The position numbers were made by a program, and so were the translations under genes. A stretch of DNA of 64,000 bases from Trueperaceae bacterium. Lineage in GTDB: Bacteria; Deinococcota; Deinococci; Deinococcales; Trueperaceae. Under the pieces are notes generated by a model. The model was given only the letters and a program-made list of their open reading frames with translations. It made no database searches and had not been told where the DNA came from. The DNA lies in contig DASSXV010000075.1 in NCBI GenBank assembly GCA_035703635.1, positions 1 to 64,000 on the forward strand. The letters run 5' to 3'. This document shows, one piece after another, positions 57,124 to 64,000 of this stretch; position 1 is the first letter of the stretch; each line of letters opens with the position of its first letter.

Positions 57124-59892
57124 CTATTCGCCTGCCTTGAGTGCCCCAGCGAGCTCCCGGCGCGAGGAGATGTTCAGCTTGGCGAACACCTTGTGCAGGT
57201 GGTACTCGACGGTACGCGGGCTGAGGTAGAGCTGGCTGCCGATTTCAGGGTTGGTGTGCCGTTCGGCCGCCAGGCGCGCGACCTGTAGCTCTTGAGGAGT
57301 GAGGAGGTCGCGCGTGTTTTGCGAGCGCTTGTGCACCGTCTCACCAGTGGCGATGAGCTCACGCCGAGCACGTTCCGCGAACGCCTCGGCGCCGAAACCA
57401 CCGAACATCTGGTAGGCAATCCGCAGGTGCTCACGCGCGTCCTGCCGCCGGTTCTCGCGCCGCAGCCACTCGCCGTAGGTGAGGTGGGCCCGAGCTTCGT
57501 GGATGGCGATGCCACTGCGCTCAAGGAGGTTGATGGCCGACTGGTAGAAGCCTTCGGCCTCCCGCCCCACTGCCAAGAGTGCCTGGGAGCTCGCGGCGAC
57601 ACCCTGCGCCCAGTCGGTGCCCGCCGGGTCGGTGCGTAGTCGCAATCGTGTCAGCGCTTCGGCAGCCACTTCGTGCGCACCGGTCCGGACGGCGGCCTCC
57701 ACCAACTCGACTAGCGAGAAGCCGCACAGCTCGAGGTCGTCGTGTTCGGCGCCTACGCGGGCAGCGTCCAGCGCCAGGTCGTTGCGGCCAAGCGCGTTGT
57801 AGAGCACCGCCGTCGTGTAACCCGCGAGGCCGATGACGCGACCCTCACCATTAGCGGTCGCTATGGCCACCCGAGACTCGATGAGCGGCTTGGCGCTCGC
57901 CTCGTCTCCGCGCCAGGCCGCCAGCACTAGCGAGCAGTAGCGCAGCGGCTCGTTGCCCGTAACCTCGCTGATCGAATCGGACTCTTGGATCAGCGCGCCG
58001 GCGGAAGCGAAGTCACCGGCATGAAGCGCAGCCGCGGCACTGCCTTCTAGGCACACGGGCAAGAAGTTAAGGGCCCCCGCCTCGCGCGCCAGCGCGGTAG
58101 CACGCTCGGCCAGAACCCTCCACCAGTGACTGTCCCAAAGGTCGCCGGCCAGGAACCAGGCCAACCACAGCCAACGCGTCGTGTCCTCGTCGCTACGGTC
58201 AGCGTTCTCGCAACCCGCCAGGGACTCCCTTAAAAGCGGTACGGCGGCGGCGTGCCCCTCGGTGAACCTAGTAGCCAGACCTCTTAGTAGCAGGTCCACT
58301 GGTCTCGGATTGCTGCCATGTTGCGGTAGCGCCAAGACGGCCTTTGCCACCGCCTGCAGTCCATGGGCATCGTCAAAGCGACCTGTGAAAAGCGCTGCAG
58401 CAAACGCCTCTAAGTAGGTCTCACGCGCCAGCGCGCTGTTCAAAGGTTCGAGCCTAGCGCCTGCCTCCAGCAGCAACGACGACGCCTCGGGCCCCCGCCG
58501 ACTGGCGAAGTCGATCTGGGCGTGAAGGCGCTGCAGACGGGCCCGTTGCATGTCGTCGAGTGGCCCGGCTTCGGCGGCGCCGAGCAGCCGGTCGGCCGCC
58601 TCTGGCGCGCCCGCCTCGTAGGTCGCACGTGCGGCTGCCAGGGCCCGCGCGGCCCGGCGCCCAGGGCTCGGCGTCAGCTCTGTCGCGCGTTTGAGGAAGG
58701 CCGCGGCAGCCGCGTTACCGCCGCGTTTCTTGGCGCGCTCGGCCGAGCGCTCGAGCGCGGCGGCAACTTCCTCCTCAGGTGCGGAGATGGCATGCGCCAG
58801 GTGCCACGCGCGCCTGTCGGGATCGGCAACCGGGTCGGTCGCCGCCGCCAGGGCACGGTGTATCTCGGAACGCTCGGTTGCGTCCGCCGACCGGTAGACG
58901 GCCGAACGCACCAACGGGTGACAGAAGCGCACACTCACACCCACTTCGATCAACCCCTCGGCCGTAGCTGCGGCCGCGGCGCTCGGACCAACTCCTAGAG
59001 CGGCCGCCGCGCGCCATAGCAACGCGGCGTCACCAACCGACTCGGCCGCAGCAAGCAGCAACAGTCGCTGGCTATCCACCGGCAGTCGCTGCACGCGCTG
59101 GAGAAAGCTCTGCTCTATCCAACCCGACAAAGGAGCGGCCACCGGCGGAGCGAACCCACCAGCTAGCGCAGCCACCGAGGTACTGCGAGGTAGCTCCAGG
59201 AGCGCCAAGGGATTGCCGCGCGTCTCGGAAATGAAGCGGTTACGGACATGTTCGTCTACCCGGCCGGGCACGACCGCGTCGAAGAGCGCCCTCGCGTCAG
59301 TGACACTGAGTCCCTCAACCGCCAGGCGCGGAAGGCCGTCGAACACCGCCACCCGATGCGGTTCGCGTACAGCGAACACCATGGCGATCGGTTCGGCCAG
59401 CAGGCGCCGCGCGACGAAGGCGAGTAGTTGTGCCGAAGTGCTGTCGAACCACTGGGCGTCGTCGAGGATGCATATCAGAGGCCGTTCGGTCGCCGCCTCT
59501 GACATGAGACTCAGGACGGCCAGCCCCACCAGGAACTTGTTCCCGACCTCGCCGGCAACGAGCCCAAAGGCGATGCCCAGGGCCTCGCGTTGCGGGCCAG
59601 GCAGCGCCGGCAAGTGGGCCAATAGTGGCGTACAGAACTGGTGAAGGCCGGCGTAAGGAAGCTCCATCTCCGACTCGACACCGGTGGAGCGGATAACCGT
59701 GCAATCACCGGCCTTGCTGGCGAGGTAGTCGAGGAGAGTCGACTTGCCCACCCCCGCTACGCCGTGCAGCAACAATGCGGCACCATCGTTGGCGCGTGTC
59801 GAGGAGAGGAGGTCGTCGAGCATCTCGCACTCGCGTTGACGGCCCAACAACTTTGGGTTGTGAGTACCGTGTTCGGAAGCGCTCATGACCAT
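57124..59892 (-). CDS. Large ATP-binding LuxR-family (LAL/STAND) transcriptional regulator
   Basis: LLGRQRE, GVAGVGKST (Walker A), LDDAQW, GNPLAL, C-terminal LTPQE...TNPEIG...SPRTVEYHL LuxR HTH. Confidence 0.93.
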   Translation of the reverse strand: MVMSASEHGTHNPKLLGRQRECEMLDDLLSSTRANDGAALLLHGVAGVGKSTLLDYLASKAGDCTVIRSTGVESEMELPYAGLHQFCTPLLAHLPALPGPQREALGIAFGLVAGEVGNKFLVGLAVLSLMSEAATERPLICILDDAQWFDSTSAQLLAFVARRLLAEPIAMVFAVREPHRVAVFDGLPRLAVEGLSVTDARALFDAVVPGRVDEHVRNRFISETRGNPLALLELPRSTSVAALAGGFAPPVAAPLSGWIEQSFLQRVQRLPVDSQRLLLLAAAESVGDAALLWRAAAALGVGPSAAAAATAEGLIEVGVSVRFCHPLVRSAVYRSADATERSEIHRALAAATDPVADPDRRAWHLAHAISAPEEEVAAALERSAERAKKRGGNAAAAAFLKRATELTPSPGRRAARALAAARATYEAGAPEAADRLLGAAEAGPLDDMQRARLQRLHAQIDFASRRGPEASSLLLEAGARLEPLNSALARETYLEAFAAALFTGRFDDAHGLQAVAKAVLALPQHGSNPRPVDLLLRGLATRFTEGHAAAVPLLRESLAGCENADRSDEDTTRWLWLAWFLAGDLWDSHWWRVLAERATALAREAGALNFLPVCLEGSAAAALHAGDFASAGALIQESDSISEVTGNEPLRYCSLVLAAWRGDEASAKPLIESRVAIATANGEGRVIGLAGYTTAVLYNALGRNDLALDAARVGAEHDDLELCGFSLVELVEAAVRTGAHEVAAEALTRLRLRTDPAGTDWAQGVAASSQALLAVGREAEGFYQSAINLLERSGIAIHEARAHLTYGEWLRRENRRQDAREHLRIAYQMFGGFGAEAFAERARRELIATGETVHKRSQNTRDLLTPQELQVARLAAERHTNPEIGSQLYLSPRTVEYHLHKVFAKLNISSRRELAGALKAGE

Positions 59893-60111
59893 CTCCCGCG
59901 CTGCAGGTCGTCAGTACGAAGTCCACTTTGACCGCCCTACACTAGTCCTCTGCCGCTAGGTTCTACCTCCTCGCAAGTCAGTAGCAACCGCATGGCCGAA
60001 GCTCTCACTACCCCAGCATCATATAGGAGGCGCAGGTAACAATATTGACCGGTACCACTCGGTATGCGCAGTTTTGGCGTCTATGAAGCTCGTGTCTGTT
60101 GCTCTACGACT

Positions 60112-60426
60112 CTATCGAGCCAGGTGGGAGCTACTTTCGGGCCGCGAAGGGCCTTCGGAGCGCGATCGTGCGGTTCTCACCCAAGGGTCCGTACCGCCAA
60201 AGCCAGCGGCTAACTCGTCGAGCTCCACTGCCCAGTCCTCGGCCAGTGTCGTAGCCAGCAGCAAGACTCGGAACCGCATCGGGGTCACCGTTGCCGCCGG
60301 AGCCGGAGGCACGAGCCTAGCGATGTCACGGTTGTGGCGCGTAACAATGCACGACTCGCCCTGCTCGACTTCAGACAACGTCTGAGTAAGGTTCCGGCGC
60401 AACGCCACGACGGGAACCGTCTTCAT
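60112..60426 (-). CDS. Phd/YefM-family antitoxin (orphan, possibly degraded)
   Basis: MKTVPVVALRRNLTQTLSEVEQGESCIVTRHNRDIARLVP. Confidence 0.75.
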   Translation of the reverse strand: MKTVPVVALRRNLTQTLSEVEQGESCIVTRHNRDIARLVPPAPAATVTPMRFRVLLLATTLAEDWAVELDELAAGFGGTDPWVRTARSRSEGPSRPESSSHLAR

Positions 60427-60476
60427 GGATTGGTTGTGTCACGTGTCGGGCAGTTTCACAGACCCGGCACGCCGCC

Positions 60477-61337
60477 CTACCTCCCCCGCCGCATCCTCGG
60501 ATCGATCAGGTCCCGCAAGCCGTCCCCAAGAAAGTTGAACCCGAACACGGCCAGCATGATGCAGCCGCCAGGAAATATCGTGAGGTGCGGGTACTGCTCG
60601 AGGTACGTCTTGCCCGAGTTGAGCATGGCGCCCCAGGACGGCTCTGGCGGTTGAATGCCGAGGCCGACGAAGCTGAGGCCCGCCTCCGCGAGCATGGCGT
60701 AGGCCACGGTCACGGTGAGTTGCACGGTTATGGGCGACAAGATGTTGGGCAGCACGTGCCGCAGCGCCACGCGCGTGCCGCGGTTGCCGATGGCGGTGGC
60801 GGCCTCCACGAACTGCTCCTCACGAACGGCCAGCGTTGCCGCGCGCGCAACCCGCGCGAACTGCGGCATGTAGATGACCCCTAACGCGATGACGATGTTC
60901 CGCAGGTCGGTGCCGAGGACGATGACGAGCGTCAGGGCGAGGAGGATGGCGGGGAACGCGAAGAACACGTCCATGACGCGCATGAGCACCGTGTCGGTGC
61001 GGCCGCCCGTCAGACCGGCGATGAGCCCTACGCTGACGCCGAGCAGGCCGGCGAGCAGCGCGGAGCCGATGCCAACGCCTAACGAGGCCCGCGCACCGTA
61101 GATCACGCGGCTGAGCATGTCGCGGCCAAGCTCGTCTGTACCGAACCAGTGCTGCCAACTCGGGCCCTGAAGGGTGGCGGAGAAGTTCATCTGGTTGGCG
61201 CCGTACGGGCTCACCCAGGCGGCGAACACCGCCACCGCCACCACGAGTAGCACGACGGCGGCGCCGACCACGGTCGTCGGGTCCGCCAGTGCCCTACCCA
61301 CTACTCCGCGGCGGCGCCCACGAACGCGCTTCATCAC
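60477..61337 (-). CDS. Peptide ABC transporter permease (DppC-like)
   Basis: FGTDELGRD, HVLPN, EAGLSFVGLG, GDGLRDLIDPR. Confidence 0.95.
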   Translation of the reverse strand: MMKRVRGRRRGVVGRALADPTTVVGAAVVLLVVAVAVFAAWVSPYGANQMNFSATLQGPSWQHWFGTDELGRDMLSRVIYGARASLGVGIGSALLAGLLGVSVGLIAGLTGGRTDTVLMRVMDVFFAFPAILLALTLVIVLGTDLRNIVIALGVIYMPQFARVARAATLAVREEQFVEAATAIGNRGTRVALRHVLPNILSPITVQLTVTVAYAMLAEAGLSFVGLGIQPPEPSWGAMLNSGKTYLEQYPHLTIFPGGCIMLAVFGFNFLGDGLRDLIDPRMRRGR

Positions 61338-62275
61338 TCGAACCTGATCTTGGGGTCGAGCCAGGCGTACGCCAGGTCGACGAGTAGGTTGATGAGCACG
61401 TAGAACGCGGCCACCACCACGACGATGGTCTGGATCACGGGGTAATCGCGCTCGTAGATCGCCTGCAGGGCGTAACGCCCCATGCCCGGCCAGGCGAACA
61501 CGTCCTCGATGATCACGGTGCCCCCGATGAGGGCGCCGATCTGGATACCGACCACGGTAGTAACGGGCAGCAGCGCATTGCGCAGCGCGTGGCGCAGCAG
61601 CACCGCGGTCGGCCCGAGGCCCTTGCCGGTGGCGGTGCGCACGTAATCGAGGCGCAGAACGTCGAGCAGGGACGAGCGCACGTAACGCGCGATCACCGCC
61701 GCCATGCCCACCGCCAGCGTGAGTGCAGGCAGGGCCACATGGCGTAGGTGCTGAATGGGATCAAGAAGCAAAGACGCGTAGCCGGTAGCTGGCAACCAGC
61801 GCAGCTTGAGCGCGAACCACAAGATAAGGAGGAGCGCCAACCAGAAGTTGGGCACGGAGAGCCCGAGGATGGAGGCCACCCGGGCGAGGAAGTCGGTGCC
61901 GCGCCCGCGCCACAGGACGGCCAAGATGCCGAGCGGCACGCCCAAGAGCAGCGCCAACAAGGTGGCGGCGAACGTCAGCTCGAGCGTGGCGGGCAGCCGC
62001 TGCCCGATGGTCTCCAGCACGCTGCGCCCCGTCACCATCGAGACCCCGAAGTCGAGCGTCGCCACCTTCACGAGCCACTCCCCCAACTGCACCAGCACGG
62101 GCCGGTCGAGCCCGTGCTGGTCGCGGAACTGTTGAATCAGTTCGGGGGTGGCGTCGGTGCCGAGGCGCGCCATCATGGCGTCGCCCGGGATCAGCTTCAT
62201 GATGAGGAACACGGCAACGGTGATGCCGAGCAGCACCGGGAGGGTGAGCAGCAGGCGGCGCAGGACGTAGCTCAT
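61334..62275 (-). CDS. Peptide ABC transporter permease (DppB-like)
   Basis: DFGVS, PNFWL, YVRTATGKGL, RNALLP, FAWPGMG, DPKIRFE. Confidence 0.95.
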   Translation of the reverse strand: MSYVLRRLLLTLPVLLGITVAVFLIMKLIPGDAMMARLGTDATPELIQQFRDQHGLDRPVLVQLGEWLVKVATLDFGVSMVTGRSVLETIGQRLPATLELTFAATLLALLLGVPLGILAVLWRGRGTDFLARVASILGLSVPNFWLALLLILWFALKLRWLPATGYASLLLDPIQHLRHVALPALTLAVGMAAVIARYVRSSLLDVLRLDYVRTATGKGLGPTAVLLRHALRNALLPVTTVVGIQIGALIGGTVIIEDVFAWPGMGRYALQAIYERDYPVIQTIVVVVAAFYVLINLLVDLAYAWLDPKIRFE

Positions 62276-62296
62276 GGGCTGCGCCGCCTGCCAGGC

Positions 62297-63856
62297 TTAC
62301 TTCTCGACCCAGGTCGTGATGAGGGCCGACAGGTCGAGGGTCATGTGGTGGTAGAAGCCCTTGACGTAGGCCTGGTGGGCTTCCGACTGCTTCTGGTTCC
62401 AGATGAACACCTGTGGCGCTTCCTCGACGAGGATGCTCTGGAGTTCGTCGTAGATGGCCTTGCGTTCACCGCGGTCGGTGACGCGCAGCCCGTCGGCGAG
62501 GAGTTGGTCGACCACGGGGTTCACGTAACCCATGACGTTGCGGCCGCCGCCCTCGCGGAAGGCTTCGAAGAGGTAGTCGTGAGGGTCGATGTTGCCCCCG
62601 AAGCCCTGCAGCGTGGCGTCGTAGGTGCCGCCGGTGACGGCGCCCCAGTAGGTGGCCCAGTCGCCTTGTTGGTCGATGGTCACCTTGATGTTGAGTTCCG
62701 CGAGGCTCGCCTGGATGATCTGCGCCGCGCGCACCGCGAACTGCTGCGGCGACCACACGCGCAGCGTGAACGAGAAGCCGCCAGCGTAGCCGGATTCGGC
62801 CATGAGCTCCTTGGCGCGCTGCATGTTGCTGCCGCTGAACACGGGGGCCAGCGCCGCCCAGTGCCACTCGGCCAACGAGCCGCCCAAGAGCGGGAAGCCC
62901 TCATCGTCGAGGCTCACGCGGGCAAGCAGCTCGCGGTCGAGGGCGTAGGAGATCGCCTGGCGCACCTTGAGGTCGTCGAACGGCGCCTGCCGCACGTTCA
63001 TGATGAAGGAGAACCACTGACCAGAGGAGCCGTCGCCTTCGGGGATGACCACGTTGGGGTCTTGCCTGAGGAGGCTGATGTAGTTGTCGGTCACGTGGGT
63101 GATGAGGTCGAGGTCGCCCGTGCGCACGGCGGTGTTGCGCGCCTGGTTGTCGGCAACCGTCGTGAACACGATGCTGTCTAGGTACGGCAGTCCGTCCACG
63201 AAGTAGTCGGGGTTCTTCTCGATGAGGATGCTGTTGTCCGCCTGCACCCCGCGCAAGATGAACGGTCCGGAGCCTGCGGCGTGCTGGCTGAGGTCGCCGA
63301 ACTCCTCGACCCCCTCATGCGCCACGATGCTAGCCGCGGCCTGCGTCAGCTGCGTGAGCATGACGGCGTTCGGGCGCGCCAGCGTGAGCACCACGGTGTA
63401 GTCGTCAGGCGTGTCTATCGCGGAGATGTCGCTGTAGTTGGCGCGGCGTGAGGCGCCCGTTTCTGGGTTCAGGAGGCGCTCGAAGGAGTAGCGCACGTCG
63501 GCTGAGGTGAGCTCGCGCCCGTTCTGGAACTTGACGCCCTGCACGAGGTGGAACGTGTAGACGAGACCGTCGTCCGAGATCTCCCACGAGCTTGCCAACT
63601 CGGGGACGACGTTCAGGTCGGCATCGAGGTCAACGAGAGTGCTGTAAACGAGCTTGATGATCCAGTAGTCGGGCCCGTGAACGATGCCCTTGTGCGGGTC
63701 TAGGGTGCCGCCTGAATAGTTCCAGCCCACCTTCAGCTGGCCCCCCGGCACGGGCGTCGATTGCGCGCTTGCAACTGGCATGAGCTGCAGCGCTACGGCC
63801 AACAAGCCGGCCGCTAGCGTGTAGAGGTACTTCTGCTTGGTCCTAGGGGTTGCCAT
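62297..63856 (-). CDS. Peptide/nickel ABC transporter substrate-binding protein (SBP_bac_5)
   Basis: AAGGAG RBS before ATG 63856; signal peptide ending ASAQ; PELASSW, GSGPF, DLKVRQA. Confidence 0.93.
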   Translation of the reverse strand: MATPRTKQKYLYTLAAGLLAVALQLMPVASAQSTPVPGGQLKVGWNYSGGTLDPHKGIVHGPDYWIIKLVYSTLVDLDADLNVVPELASSWEISDDGLVYTFHLVQGVKFQNGRELTSADVRYSFERLLNPETGASRRANYSDISAIDTPDDYTVVLTLARPNAVMLTQLTQAAASIVAHEGVEEFGDLSQHAAGSGPFILRGVQADNSILIEKNPDYFVDGLPYLDSIVFTTVADNQARNTAVRTGDLDLITHVTDNYISLLRQDPNVVIPEGDGSSGQWFSFIMNVRQAPFDDLKVRQAISYALDRELLARVSLDDEGFPLLGGSLAEWHWAALAPVFSGSNMQRAKELMAESGYAGGFSFTLRVWSPQQFAVRAAQIIQASLAELNIKVTIDQQGDWATYWGAVTGGTYDATLQGFGGNIDPHDYLFEAFREGGGRNVMGYVNPVVDQLLADGLRVTDRGERKAIYDELQSILVEEAPQVFIWNQKQSEAHQAYVKGFYHHMTLDLSALITTWVEK

Positions 63857-63937
63857 TCGTTGCTCCTTCGGGGGTACGTGCTGTTGCAACGCGGGCCGCA
63901 GTCGCGATGGCCTGCGGTCCCGGCCGTGCCAAGTGGA

Positions 63938-64000
63938 TCAGGTGGGTGACTGCTCGGGGTCGAGGCTCGGCTTGGCCGCCTCGTACTCCGCCAGCACGCG
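63938..64000 (-). CDS. 3' end of an upstream gene (RVLAEYEAAKPSLDPEQSPT*), product unknown
   Basis: Open frame with GC3-rich codons running off the window edge. Confidence 0.45.
   Translation of the reverse strand, partial: RVLAEYEAAKPSLDPEQSPT

Noticed and set aside
61748-63181. 477-aa plus-strand ORF
   Set aside because: Antisense shadow of well-supported permease and SBP genes, typical of high-GC DNA

Overview
High-GC bacterial chromosome segment. Leaderless -10-only promoters and '...AQ'-type signal peptides suggest Deinococcota (Truepera-like), which is an inference. The window has six blocks. (1) 1-3.2 kb: ABC ATPase end and three membrane-protein genes. (2) 3.3-22.9 kb: a ~20 kb, 18-gene sugar/polyol catabolic island with a sugar ABC importer, a GntR-UTRA regulator and three matching TGTCATTACA-type operators. 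Its enzymes are 2 Gfo/Idh/MocA oxidoreductases, 3 TIM-barrel isomerase/epimerases, a Zn-ADH, an FGGY kinase, a 2-hydroxyacid dehydrogenase, a cupin PGI, and PTE-like, shikimate-DH-like and FucI-like proteins; the substrate is unknown. (3) 23.1-30.3 kb: three uncharacterised lipoproteins and a DrrAB-type exporter with a structured leader. (4) 30.5-47.3 kb: two convergent peptide-ABC/amidohydrolase modules. The FadR-controlled one has four metallohydrolases that all carry non-canonical active-site residues, plus an amidase with a small AtzG/GatC-like partner. The RpiR-linked one has a stand-alone D-glutamate-cyclase-like protein and an M14 peptidase. (5) 47.6-54.4 kb: decayed accessory DNA around tRNA-Val(CAC), with a C5-methyltransferase fragment, an IS3 fragment, an intact HTH-GIY-YIG gene, a nuclease pseudogene and toxin-antitoxin relics including an antitoxin-toxin deletion chimera. 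(6) 54.4-64 kb: an ATP-binding LuxR regulator with 12-bp phased repeats upstream of a hydrolase operon, an orphan Phd antitoxin and a third peptide ABC module. The best candidates for undescribed systems are the hydrolase operon at 30.5-40.8 kb, the D-glutamate module at 40.9-47.4 kb and the sugar island. All family calls come from motif recognition by eye; no database search was run.
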